Source of the DNA: Felis catus
Taxonomy: Eukaryota
Reading direction: 5' to 3'
NCBI RefSeq assembly: GCF_018350175.1
Contig: NC_058383.1
Location: 15,316,001-15,380,000, forward strand
Length of the DNA: 64,000 bases
Part shown: positions 12,857 through 24,977 of the stretch, piece after piece
Numbering within the stretch: the stretch's first letter is position 1
Layout: each line of letters opens with the position of its first letter
The notes under the pieces: model-generated
The model's input: the letters and a program-made list of their open reading frames with translations, nothing else
Database searches by the model: none
Told to the model about the DNA's origin: nothing
Translations under genes and position numbers: made by a program

Positions 12857-12992
12857 CTTTGCTGCCAAGGCTTTTAAGCTGTTGAGGAATCTCTGCCAGA
12901 AATCCTTGAAGAGTGGGCGGTCAATTTTCTTCAGGCTATCTTTGGTGCTAGCATCCACACTGACATACAGCTGTGTGACTGGTTTGAGGTTC
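12857..12992 (-). CDS. TYW1: TYW1 internal coding exon (136 bp)
   Basis: ttatgaag|G AAC CTC...GCA AAG|gtaag; translates (R)NLKPVTQLYVSVDASTKDSLKKIDRPLFKDFWQRFLNSLKALAAK. Phase 2 in, phase 0 out, in frame with the previous exon. Confidence 0.98.
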
Positions 12993-15255
12993 CTTCATAA
13001 TTTGAAAAACAAAACAAAAAACAATAGGGAAAAAATTATGCCCATGTCAGGCTTGTCATGCTGTAAAATTTACAATCAATAATAGATGGGGTAATTCAAC
13101 ATGTCACGGGGTCTAGCAATGATTTGAATGATGTGGTACAATAGGCTGTCAGTTGATTATTTCTAAAATGGACTGGACACTATCCTTAATAACCTGAAAA
13201 CATTCAATTACTTAAAACTGGCCCCTCTTCAAACAGTATATAGTGGAAAATAAACAAAACGAGCTCTAGCTTCAGGTCAGGTACCATCAGCCCAGGGCAA
13301 TTAGAAGGGGCTCTCAGACTTAAGTTTCCCCGTGAACTCTGCCGTTCAAGAATTATACAGCTGAAATGTCACCGCCACATGGGGTCCCTGCTGACAGGCC
13401 ACCTCCCATCGTCACTTCCCTGATGGAAGTTTCCTAAGGAACAAGAAACAACCCCAAAAAGCTCAAGCCTTCCTAGAAAGGCACAAAGCCACACCAGTAG
13501 CTCACCTATGCCTCCAAGAGCCAGAGTGAGTTTAAAGTCCAGCCTTGCATGGGCAAAGCTCCCTAGCCAGGGAGCCTTAAGCAATGCAGAGCTACAACAA
13601 CAACCAAGCCCTTACAAAGGAGCACAACCCCCAAGAAAACCATACGTTGCAGATTCTTTTTCTTCGCCTTCTTGATCAGTTTCCATGAATACCACTCATT
13701 CTCCACTTCTCTCAAATTCACGGACTCATTTCATTAAGTCATTCTGATCTACTATCCTATTTGCCAGTTATGCATCGAGCCCAGATTGTGCTCTTTCCAA
13801 AACCTCTCTCCTCTCCCTTCAAGTGGGCCTCATAATTCATTCCCTTCAATAAACTTGCAACAAGAAAGAAACTTCCCTTTAATAATCCTTTGACCAAATT
13901 TTCCCACTATTAACTTTCTATAACTATTCCAGGATTTGTATTTACCCCTGGAATGTTATTTACACGTTTTTGTTTCAAAGTCTATGCACTTTCAAAAACT
14001 GAAATATAATTCACATGCCATGAAATTCACCAGCAAAGGGGTTTATATGCTTTTTGTATCTATCAGTATCGGTCTTATCTGTCGTTGAGTGTAAGACCTT
14101 CAAGGGCAGGAACCATAGCTTTCTTTGTACCCAGCCTTACAGGCAGATACTTAAAGCTACTTTTTACTTGATATTGTTGACTTCAGCTAACAAAGCTTCT
14201 GAGGGCATGCAGGCCACACAAACGCTTACCACCATCTGGCTTAGTGACATATGGAAAAATCACAGGGGTCTGAACCCGAAGTTATTAAAAGTAGAGAAGG
14301 TCTGACCAAAGTTAAGAAAGAAGTGATTACATATTGGCAGACTCATTGCTTTAATCCCTCTCCAATGCTGGTTACAAAGGGAATCCTTAAAAGTTCAATA
14401 CTGTGTCACTACTGAGCAAAGGACATCAATTACTGAAAATGAAAAACAGGAGCATACTTCTGTCTCATCATTCCTTTTCCTGGGAGCCTCTTTAATAACA
14501 GACAGGGCATGCTACCTTAAATGGACTCATGTTTTACAAAAAATAAAAATAAAAGAGGCTGTCTTAATGGATACTGTTGGCTATCATTATCTGATACTTG
14601 CAGGACTTTGTCATAAAGCTGCCTAATGCAAAAATGGGAACTGACCTGACCTTTTCACTATGCCTCCAAAACTACTTAAGATTATGAACAGTAAATTCCA
14701 AAGGCCCTAGTTATTTTACAAACCTCCATCAGTTGCAAAATGGGAAGCCCTGAACACTGACAGTACCAATAAGAAATTTTAGTCAATACTAAATATCTGA
14801 GATGCTACAATCAAGGAAGTTTATTGCTTGCTCTTACCAAGGAGCAGGCGAAGAATGGAAAAGAGGAAAAACTCCTAGGAATTACAGAACTTATTCCTAA
14901 GGGACTCAAAATATTAAAAGTACTGGGAGAAATTTTCTGAGCCTCAGGGATCTTATATGTGCCTGGTACTGGCCTCTATTCCCCAGGGCAAGCAATGTGG
15001 TTCTCAGCATGGTCATCTACCTATCTCCATTCTATACAATGATAGCTATCATTTTAGTTCCCCCAAAAGCAAGAGAATGTTATAACTTTAAAATCATGAT
15101 AATAATTTGTGTTTGAGAATCTAACATTGCTGCTGAAAACAATTAAAAAGGACCATATAATAAAAGGGAAATACAACTGAAAGCCTAAACCCCACTGAAA
15201 ATGCCCAATGCGCCTTCATATGATTATTGTGGTGATCCTTCATCCTGCTCATTTT

Positions 15256-15481
15256 TAAAAAAAATTTTTAATGTTTATTTATTTATGAGAGGCAGAGAGA
15301 AACAGAGTGTGAGTGGGAAAGGGGCAGAGAGAGAGGGAGGCACAGAATCTGAAGGAGGCTCCAGACTCCTAGGTGCAAGGTGTCAGCACAGAGCCTGACG
15401 CGGGGCTCGAGTTCACTAACCATGAGACCATGACCTGGGCCGAATTCAGATGCTTCATTGATTGAGCTACCCAGGCGCTCC
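15256..15481 (-). mobile_element. Can-SINE
   Basis: TSD tcatcctgctcatttt at 15240-15255 and 15482-15497. Confidence 0.95.
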
Positions 15482-15529
15482 TCATCCTGCTCATTTTATA
15501 TCTCTAAGTTAAGAATGATCAAATATATA

Positions 15530-15750
15530 GGGGTGCCTGGGTAGCTCAGTCGTTTAAGTGTCCAGCTCTTGATCTCAGCTCAGGTCATGGTTTCATGGTT
15601 TGTGAGATCAAGCCCTGCATCAGGCTCGAAGCTGACAGAACAGAGCCTGCTTGGGATTCTCTCTCTCTCCCTCTCTCTTTGCCGCTCCCCCACTCGTGCA
15701 AGCGCGCACTCTCTCTCTCAAAATAACTAAATAAATAAACATGTTTAAAA
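15530..15750 (+). mobile_element. Can-SINE
   Basis: Head, body and tail; imperfect TSD aatgatca..atatag. Confidence 0.93.
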
Positions 15751-15793
15751 ATGATCATATATAGAAATGCACTGACAACTGAACGTAAAAATG

Positions 15794-15862
15794 CTTCCTT
15801 TTTTCCTTTCTGTATGGAAAGGCCTCAGGCCTCCTAATCTGTACAGAAAGGAAAAAAGGAAG
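15794..15862. repeat. Perfect 21-bp inverted repeat forming a 69-nt hairpin
   Basis: cttccttttttcctttctgta (15794-15814) is the exact reverse complement of tacagaaaggaaaaaaggaag (15842-15862); inner stem aggcc/ggcct. Confidence 0.95.
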
Positions 15863-16084
15863 AGAGATTTATGTTTGCAAGAAATCAAGTGGCTTAGAGA
15901 AGAAGTTTGATGCTCCTATTAGACAAAAATAAACAAACAAACAAACAAATAAATAACCAACCAAAACAGCCCAAAGATCCAATACTATTAAAACCAGAAT
16001 CTCTAAGATAATCTGGGGCTGTTAGGCCTGGTCAAATAATTTAGGAGTTAAAGAGCAGGAGGATAAAGAGGAAGGAGAAAAGTA

Positions 16085-16330
16085 CCATCTACTGAGTATT
16101 CATCATGTGCTGGGTGCACTGTGCTAAGTGCCTTACCCTTCTCATCCAGTTCATTGAACACTCATGGTAAACTAACAAGGTGGTTGCCAGTTTTGCCCAT
16201 TTTAAAGTTGATGAAACTGTGACTCGAAGGGTTAAGTAGCTAAGTAGCTTGTTCAAGAATCCACAAGTGTCAACGATGAGATTCGAGCCTAGAGATTCGG
16301 AGCGTGTTCACCTAGCCCTGCACCACAATG
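16085..16330 (-). mobile_element. MIR SINE
   Basis: cactgtgctaagtgcctt...cccattttaaagttgatgaaactgtgactc...gagattcgagcctag. Confidence 0.8.
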
Positions 16331-16404
16331 TCTCCATCAGAACGGCCTTTCACAGGCAGCGCTGGCCAGGCCTCTTGTCACAGAAAGCCAAGAGCAGTAT
16401 TTCA

Positions 16405-16560
16405 AGTCCCACAGCAGAATGTCTCCAACTGTGGTCAGGACAACATGCATCAGAAGGACCTGCAAACTCAGGTTCTTGGGCCTCTCCTGAAACAGAATCA
16501 CTCTCCAGGAATGGAGCCTTAGAAAGCGTATTGTTATATTCGTCTAAGAACTTCTCAAAG
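16405..16560. mobile_element. MER5-type hAT-Charlie MITE remnant
   Basis: ctccaactgtggtc...gcatcagaa...cagaatcactctccagg. Confidence 0.55.
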
Positions 16561-16664
16561 GTGATCAAAGAAATTGAAGACCCAAATAAATGGGAATAAT
16601 AAGTAATATTAATTAATTATACAATTAATAATGGTTATATAGAAATATGTAATTAACAATTAAT

Positions 16665-17015
16665 TAAAAATAGAACTGTATGTGTGGCAATCCCACTTCT
16701 GGGTATTTATCCAAAGGAAATGAAATCAGTATCTTGCAAAGATACCTGCACCCCATGTTTACTGCAGCATTACTCAGAATAGCCAAGACATGGAAACAAC
16801 ATTTCTATCAACAGATGAATGGATAAAGAAAATGTGGACACATGGATAAAGAAAAAATATAGACAGACACAGGCCATATTATTCAGGCCATGAGAAAAAA
16901 GGAAATGCTGTCATTTACAACACGGATGAACCTGGGGGACACTATGCTAAGTGAGATAGCCAAACACAGAAAGGCAAATACTGCGTGAACTCACTTATGT
17001 GTGGAATCTAAAAAA
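16665..17015 (+). mobile_element. L1 ORF2 end / 3' UTR fragment
   Basis: gcaatcccacttctgggtatttatccaaagg...ctcacttatgtgtggaatctaaaaaa. Confidence 0.9.
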
Positions 17016-17019
17016 GACC

Positions 17020-18760
17020 GTTTCCATTAGTTGTTTTCTTCTCTGTGTATGGGCCATACTCTCATTTGTCTATTTCGTGACTTTTTTAAATAAACATTTA
17101 ACATTTTAAATAATATTATGTGGCAAGTCTGTACATCGGATACCTCCCAAACCAAGCACTGTCGCTCTGTTTGTTTATTGCTGCTTTTGTTGTTACTGAA
17201 CTACTTTGGTAAATTCTGTATTCTTTCTTGTGTTTAGCCTGTTGGGTTAGCTTAGTGGGCTGCTAATGACTGGCCAGAGATAACTTAAATGCCTTCAACT
17301 GGTAAGGCTCCCAGACTTTGCTACGGGTTGTGCGTGTGTGTGTTGGGGCATGCCTTCAATGCCCAGGCAGGCAGTTGACAGCTCTGCCTTAGTCTTCACT
17401 GTCTGCTTGTTCAAGACGTCAACACTGGGGAAGAGGTGAGAACACAGAGCCTTGTCAAATCTTCCCTGGCAAGCCCACAGCCCTGCCCACGTGTGTGCGC
17501 TTCCAGCTTCCCAGGAACATACGGGGCTTTTCAAAGTTCCCTATGAACATCTCACTGCCCAGCTTTCCCCTTTAAGTTCTTTGGTCAGCTTCTCGTTTGC
17601 CCCGACCATTACTGCTGCTTCAGGCAGCTGTGAAGTTGAACAGCTGCCGATGACTATTGATGAGAAACACCCCAGAGAAAGGCTTTTTCACCAGACAAAA
17701 TATGAGTCACTTCAAATAAAGACAACCCCTGTGCGTGAGGGGTTCCAGGGAACTGCCACACAACCCACAGGATGACAATTCTCTGGAAATGGGACTTTGA
17801 AGGAGTTCCAACTCTGTTTTGCCTCCTCCCCTGGCTGCCAGGCTGCTGGTTTTTACTAGGACTATAAGCTATTAGCTTTTATGGCTACTGCAGAGCTGGG
17901 AAGTTAGAATGGAATAGAACATATTAAGACATCAGGAAACTCAGGACATAAAATAGGACATATCGACATATCACAAAGCTTACTGTTCTTATTGAGATTC
18001 AGACATTTTTCTAGAATAAATGCTCCTCAGATTGTTGTAGACCTTTGGTTAAGACTCTGACAATTTTTTGCCAGTGTTCTCACTGTTTTTATAGAGAAGC
18101 AGGTTTTGAAGGTCTGTACTGTTATTCCTGCTGACATTCATCACGTACATTTTGTTTTTATTTCTACCATTATTCATCACAACATTTTCTATGTCCACTG
18201 TGATTTCTTCTTTAACCCATACGTGAATGAGAAGTGCATTGCTTGCATTACAAACATACTGGAATACTCTAGTAATCTTTCTGTATTCATTTATAGTTTA
18301 ATTCCAGTATGTTCAGATACCATGCTCTGTATGATTTCAATACTTTGTTGAAACTTGCTATAATGCCCAGCATATGGCCATTTGGTAATTGTTCTGCAAA
18401 GCAAGTTGCAGAACTTGCTCTTGAAAAGAAATTATATTCCAAAGTTTTCTTGTGCCAATGCTCTCTTTCTGTAATACAGGCTAAATGTGTTGATTTAGTC
18501 GTTTGAACCTTCACTGCTGCTATTGATTTTAATTCGCTTGTTTTATCAGTTTGAGAGAAATGTGTGAAAAACCTACCATTTTTCCTTATAGTTCTTTCAA
18601 TTTTGAGATTACGTTATTGAGTGTTTGCAAGTTTTAAGTTGTTAAAAACTGTTTTATATTCCTGGTGGGTTTAATATTTTATTAAGAAATGTCCATCTTA
18701 TCTCAAGTAACGGTTCTTGTCTTAAAGTATACTTTGACCGATTATTATTTAGCCTACCTT
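17020..18760 (-). mobile_element. Old L1M 5' region and endonuclease-region fragments
   Basis: T-rich reverse L1 motifs such as gaaacttgctataatgcccagcatatggcc and cttaaagtatactttg. Confidence 0.65.
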
Positions 18761-19322
18761 TCCAAAAGTGAAACTTCTAAGTGCTTCCATGCATTATCTC
18801 ATATACTCACAATGCCACATTAATACCAAATCAGCTCACAGGTTAGGAAACTAGGCCCCCGAACAGTCATCTTCCCAGTGTCACTAAGACAGCAAGAGCT
18901 CCAGTTAAGAGTCAAAGCTTCTTTTAGACCAGAGCCCAGCTCTTACCACCTCACTGTACTTCTTCTCTCTTTCTCTCTTTTTTTTTTTAGCTTATCTAGA
19001 CATGCATATTTCTGAAAAGTGTTCTATCAATGCACAGACACAAAAGAAGACTGTATTTTAAATTTAACATGTTTGCTACAAACAAAATGGGCTGGGAGGA
19101 GGGAAAAAAGCTTCTACTGAAAGGATCAGGTGGTATTTATAATTCTTATTTCATTATAAGTGGTTTCCTGTAACCACTTAGAGCTAACAAATACAAGAAA
19201 ACTTTGTTAAAACTCATACATTTCTTTAAATATTCAATAAGCATCTAATATATGAAGAGCAATACAATAAAGGTTCTCTAACATATGTATGGTGAATGTC
19301 TTAGCAAAAACTAAGGAAAACA

Positions 19323-19540
19323 GGGACGCCTGGGTGGCTCAGTTAGTTGAGTGTCTGACTTGATTTTGGCTCAGGTCATGGTCCCGGGATCATGTAATCA
19401 AGCCCTGCAGTGATCCTGCAACCACATGGTTAGCATGGAGCCTGCTCAAGATTCTCTCTCTCCTTTTGCCCTTCCGCGGCTTGCTGCCTCTCTCTCTCAA
19501 AAACAAACAAACAAAAAAACCAACCAAAGGAAAAAAACAC
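19323..19540 (+). mobile_element. Can-SINE (older subfamily)
   Basis: gggacgcctgggtggctcag head and A-rich tail. Confidence 0.9.
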
Positions 19541-19898
19541 AGCAAACAAAGTACCAGAAATACCACTGGAAGAAGCAACACAGAATGAAGTTCACACCTG
19601 GTTTTAGAAGAAGGTGCTCAAAGGTAAATGGACATTAGCACAAATTTGGTGGTGGTGAGGAGGTCTGAGAAGCAAAGTGTTAACTGTGCCAGAGTTAAAT
19701 ATGGAACATAGTTCTATAGTCTTATGATCAGTAGCTAACACACAGAAAGCTTTGCATCAACAATATTTTACCAAAAAAGAAAAAAAATAATAAGATTTTA
19801 AATGTAAATTTAAAAACAACATAAAACAAACAGATAAGAAAATAATGATAAAATAAAAGTAAAGCAGGGGGACTCAAGACGAAGCTAAGAATGTGCCG

Positions 19899-19926
19899 GT
19901 CTACAAAGTCTACAAAGTCTACAAAG
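19899..19926. repeat. 9-bp tandem repeat (tctacaaag)x3
   Basis: Read directly from the sequence. Confidence 0.85.
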
Positions 19927-20574
19927 GGCCTCTCACCCCAACACATTTATAAAGACGGGGGGGAGGGGGGGACACAGTCATAAGTTTCAAATGAACACAA
20001 AAGAAGAACAAACCAGTTAGTTTCTGCGAGTCCTCAGAGAGAAGAGACTGTTCGGTGTTTAGAACATCACTCTCAACAACTTCATCACCTTACAGCACGA
20101 TGACCTTCAGAGGTCTGCCTTTAACAAGGTGTCTTTCTGTAGGTCATTGGCATCACAGCGCAGAGCAACTTACAAGAAGGAATGACATGGTGTGCTCTGG
20201 TAGACGAATGGTGTGACGGACCTTTCTGATTGCAGGGTTGAATGCAAGCACAGACTGTACAGAATTAGAATAAGGGTCCTAAATTCCCGTGTCTGTAGGG
20301 GCGGAAGATAGTGTGAATCAAGCAAGCCACTTTTAAAGGAAAAAGTTCTTTGGACACCAAAACACAGACTGCATGTGAAACACAGAGTCTACCCTTTGTT
20401 GTTCCACATTTGCTAGAAATGGTGACAAATTTCTCTGCTATAAGAGAATGCATGGTGCAACCCCTCTGACAAGTGGCAGGTGATACTTAGCCTCATGGTG
20501 GAGGAGATGACAAAATGGACAACAGTCACGCAGGCTGAAAACCACAGGCTTCATCATAAAGATAAACATTACAC

Positions 20575-21460
20575 GGTGCGATGCTGTATAATAAGATATA
20601 TATATTTGATCTTTGTCCCTGGATCCTGGCATGCAGCTCCTAGAATCCTGGGAATTTCCTGAGTTACAGAGGTGAGGGAAGCATCTTTCACTATCCGTAA
20701 TAGACCTCTAAAACCACAAAGAATTACTTTACTAATGAGGTGACTCCTGATGGGTCCCTAGACAGCTTCAGGATAGGGACTGGTTGCCAGAAGAACCAAC
20801 CACGTGATTAAAGGTTGGAACTTGCAGCCCCACCCCACCCCCAGCCTCTAGGGAGGGGAGACAGGCCAGAGGTTGAGCTAATCACCAACTGGCCATGATT
20901 GAATCAATCATGCCTATGCGATGGAACCTCCGTAAAACCCCCAAAATGATGGGGTTCAGAAAGCTTCCAGGTTGGTGAACACACGGAGGTCCTGGGAGGG
21001 TAGTGTTCCGGGAGATGGTGTGGAAGTGTAGCGACCCTTCCCCCAGGCCTTGTCCCATGCACCTCTTCCATTTGGCTATTCCTGAGTCGTATCCTTTATA
21101 ATAAGCCAATAATCATAAGTAAACGGTTTTCCCTGATTTCTGTGAGCCGTTCTAGCAAATTACTGAACCGGAAGAGCGAGTCACGGGAAGCCCCAATCTA
21201 TAGCTGGCTGGTCAGAAGTACGGGTACAATCTGGGACTGCGGCTGGTGTCTGAAGTGGGGCAGTCTTGTGAGACTGAGTCTTGAACCTGTGTGGTCTGCA
21301 TTAACTCCAGATGGTGTCATAACTGAATTGTAGGACACCCAGTTGGGTGTCCGCAAAGAACTGGAGAATTGCTTGATGTGGAAAAAATCCACACAGCTGG
21401 TGTCAGAAGTGCAGCAAGTAATAAAACCAGGTAAGAGTGAAGTGTTATAGTGTGGTAAAA
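20575..21460 (+). mobile_element. MER21-family solo LTR
   Basis: tataataagatatatatatttgatctttgtccctggatcctggc...ctaatgaggtgactc...taggacacccagttgggtgtc. Confidence 0.85.
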
Positions 21461-21766
21461 ACGGCACTTTTTACTCGGCCTTTGACAATTTTTGCCACAC
21501 TGTCTTTCCCAAAAGTCAGAAATTCAGATTTTATACAAAATCTCTGGATGTTAAATGTTGGCTCAGAAAACAAACAAACAAAAAAGCTTTTGAACATGGT
21601 GCAGGACAAATAAAACCTACTTCTGGTAAACTGCCAACCTGAAACCTCTGGTCTTAATGACACTCCAACCATCCCACATAACTATATATTCTTTTTCAAC
21701 TGAGCGTCTAAGAAATACCGGGTCCCGGTGGCTCAACTTTATCCTCCTTGACAACTACAGCCCGTT

Positions 21767-22238
21767 GTGCCATGGAGCGGACTGCAGACACGGACATAGT
21801 CCTCCTCTCCCTACATCCACGTCCCCTTGCCCTGCAGCTGTGAGTGCCCTCTCGCTGCCTCTAAGCTCAGCTGTGACTTGCTCTGGCCAATGGAAGTGAG
21901 CAAGTGTGACACAGTAGGGGCTGAAAAGATGCTTGTGCACTGAAGCCTGCCCTCTCCTGCTGCTCTTTGAGGCCCTGCCACCACGTGATGAAGTTGAGAC
22001 TAACTTACTGGAAAATAAGCTACATGAGTAGAAGCCCCAGTTGTCCCAGCCATGGCCATCACGAACCGGCCAGCCCAGCAGATCTGCCAACTGACACGTG
22101 AACAGCACTGAGGCCAGCAAAGCCAGATGAGATCAAAAGCCCTCCCAGCTGACCCAGAATTATGAGCTAAATAAATTGACTGTCAGTTTGAGGGACTCAG
22201 TTTTAAGATGAGTGATTGTAAGAAAAGATAACTGATAA
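21767..22238 (+). mobile_element. MLT1 (MaLR) solo LTR
   Basis: tgtgacttgctctggccaatggaagtgag; 3' part tgagctaaataaattg...agataactgata. Confidence 0.8.
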
Positions 22239-22285
22239 GAGACTATGATATATCGGTTATATGCCTATTAAAAATACCACTATAT

Positions 22286-22500
22286 GGGGCGCCTGGGTGG
22301 CTTGGTCGGTTAAGCGTCCGACTTCGGCTCAGGTCATGATTTCACGGCCCTTGAGTTCGAGCCCCGCGTCGGGCTCTGTGCTGACCGCTCAGAGCCTGCA
22401 GCCTGTTTCAGATTCTGTGTCTCCCTCTCTCTCTGCCCCTCCCCTGTACATGCTCTGTCTCTCTCTGTCTCAAAAATAAATAAACGTTGACAAAAAAAAT
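22286..22500 (+). mobile_element. Can-SINE (young, CpG-rich)
   Basis: TSD ttaaaaataccactata at 22268-22284 and 22501-22517. Confidence 0.96.
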
Positions 22501-23106
22501 TTAAAAATACCACTATAAAACCACTTGTTTTGGTGAAATGAAGAGGGCTTTTCCTCAAGAGAAAGGGTTTTTATGGTCCAATCACTACCGGTCCTATTAT
22601 TAATACTATGTGTCTTACATATTTTCGTCACTTTTATTAGCCCCTGTGTTGACAAAATCATAAAGCTGCACAGAGCCTAATAGCTTTCTTATTTGCTTAA
22701 GGGGTTCGCTTCTATCCTCCATAATCCTTGAGGACTATTCACTGCAAAAACTCCCCTCAGTGGAAGAACTGTCAGCAAAGAGCCACATACTTTGGAGTTG
22801 GAGGGGAAACTGAAATTCTCTTAAGGAGAAGTTGAGTATCCTGGAAAGGCAAGTAGCCTGAAAGTAACACTTGCATGTGGGTCAAGGGAAGGCCAACTGA
22901 CAAAGCCGAGAATCTCCTTAGAAGGTCTCAGAGTATGGGCGATACTACAGTAATCTAGAAAAAATATTGTTTTAATTAAAAAAAAAAAAAAACAACTTAA
23001 TAAACCCCCCAGTCACTCAGACAGCTTCATCACTTCCTAGTGCATGCTCAATGCTAAAATGGTCGCAAGATGTCCACTTGAAAGCTCAACTAAAGGAGCT
23101 GAACTT

Positions 23107-23317
23107 TTTTTTTTTTTAATGTTTATTTTTGGAGGGGAGAGTGACAGAAACAGAGAGTGAGTGGGGAGGGGCAGAAAGAGGGAAACACAGAATCCAAAGA
23201 GGGCTCCGGGCTCTGAGCCGTCACAGAGCCCAATACCAGGCTGGAACTCACAAACCGTCAGAATATGACCTCAGCCAAAGTCAGACACTTAACCGACTGA
23301 GCCACCCAGGTACCCCT
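23107..23317 (-). mobile_element. Can-SINE
   Basis: TSD aaggagctgaactt at 23093-23106 and 23319-23332. Confidence 0.94.
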
Positions 23318-24210
23318 GAAGGAGCTGAACTTCTATACAGAATTAGCACTATAAACATTAGGGAGGACTTCCAAAATTCAAGACCTCTATGCTCTGTTCA
23401 TAAATCTACTGCCTTGTTTTTCTGAAAGACACTAAGACACCAGAGAAACTGGTATTTGGATTCCTCCAAATATCATCTGTACTTGGAGAAGCATTTCTCT
23501 TTCCATTTTCTCTTGGGCCACAGGGGTAAAAGTGAGAGAGCACTTGGCTCAATTCAAAGAGGCCTCAAGTCAGGAAAGTATTAGTTTAAAAGTAGGAGCA
23601 TCTCAGGACTATTGTTTCACTACTCTACAGTCCAGAGTATTTGAAACTTGTCGTTTTACAACACATTGTACTATTTGGTATGTCAAATCTCAGTGTTCTT
23701 CTTTTAAATTGTTTCTGAACTATTCACATCTTTCTTTGGAGAAATGAGGGGTAGGGAAGCCACCTTATATTTGGGACCCCTAACATATTACTCCCACACC
23801 AGTAGCATTGCTCTGTTTTAGAGAAAGTACACCTAAACATTAAGCTCATTAATCCGTCTCTATTAGGCTATCAATTATCAGAAATTCTTCTCGATTCACG
23901 CATTAATAATCAGTGTATCTCAGCTTTGGGTTTTTTCCTCTGTCTAGGTAGATATTTCAATAAATAACCAAATATGCCAACTCTTTGAAGTCCAAACCTA
24001 AAATGGCTGCTTCCCATACATTCTCTCCTTTGCCCAGGTAAGGACATAACTCAAGAAAGGACACACTCCCTTGAACCATGGCACCCTTAATATAGGAGCT
24101 TAAAGAATGCTTTAGAAATCCAACACAGGAACTTCCCTTTTCCAAGAACTCTTTTTTCTTGAGTATTCTGCATGGGGTGTACCCGTCCAGTTATTAAACT
24201 CTTGTGTTCA

Positions 24211-24430
24211 GGGGCACCTGGGTGGCTCAGTCAGTTAAGCGTCCGACTTCGGCTCAGGTCATGCTCTCACAGTTCGTGAGTTCGAGCCCTGCATCAGGCT
24301 CTGTGCTGACAGCTCAGAGCCTGGAGCCTGCTTTGGATTCTGTGTCTCCCTCTCTCTGCCCCTTTCCTGCTCACACTCTTGTCTCTCAAAAATAAATAAA
24401 CATTAAAAAAAAAAAAAAAAAAAAAAAAAA
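24211..24430 (+). mobile_element. Can-SINE
   Basis: TSD ctcttgtgttca and a long A tail. Confidence 0.95.
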
Positions 24431-24931
24431 CCCTCTTGTGTTCAACATCAGAGAAATTTGCTAATTTCCCATTCCCCCACCCCTGCCACTTCACCTCTTC
24501 CTCTCTGCCTCCCTCCCAATTTACCAGTGCCTATTCTAGAGGACTGGGTAATCAATGCCTTTGTACCCATTTGTTCACTGATGGCAGTCAAGACCGTACC
24601 AGTGTCGTGTCGTATCATGATCCTCCTGCTGACAAGAGGAGGCTCACCAGCCAGAGTGGGGAAGAGAGACCCAGTAACACTTCCTGAGCGTTCACTATGT
24701 GTCAGGCATTTTGCTGGACACTTTTGAGTACACAGCTTATTTACTTCTCTGTAATTCTCCTCGGTCCATATTGGCATTCACAAAGAATACTGTGCATGAA
24801 AAAACAATGAATTATCTTCCTTGGTGATTATTTTGCAGGGAATCACCTACATCCTACTTCTGGCAGATTTAATTCTTTTTACACATGTATAACATGCCTT
24901 AAATTAGGGACAGACTCCCTTTTTGTATATG

Positions 24932-24932
<1 letters not shown>

Positions 24933-24974
<42 letters not shown>
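24933..24974. repeat. (TG)21 microsatellite
   Basis: Read directly from the sequence. Confidence 0.97.

Positions 24975-24977
<3 letters not shown>

Noticed and set aside
12857..12992. Apparent amino-acid differences from human TYW1 (e.g. FLNSLK)
   Set aside because: The comparison rests on memory and the changes fall outside the recognisable catalytic motifs; an alignment is needed before any claim.
12882..13082. Plus-strand ORFs overlapping TYW1 exons (also 30722-30943)
   Set aside because: These are antisense shadows of the real minus-strand exons.
19956..19972. G/C runs (also 9421 and 52387) as functional G-quadruplexes
   Set aside because: Simple homopolymer expansions with no supporting context.
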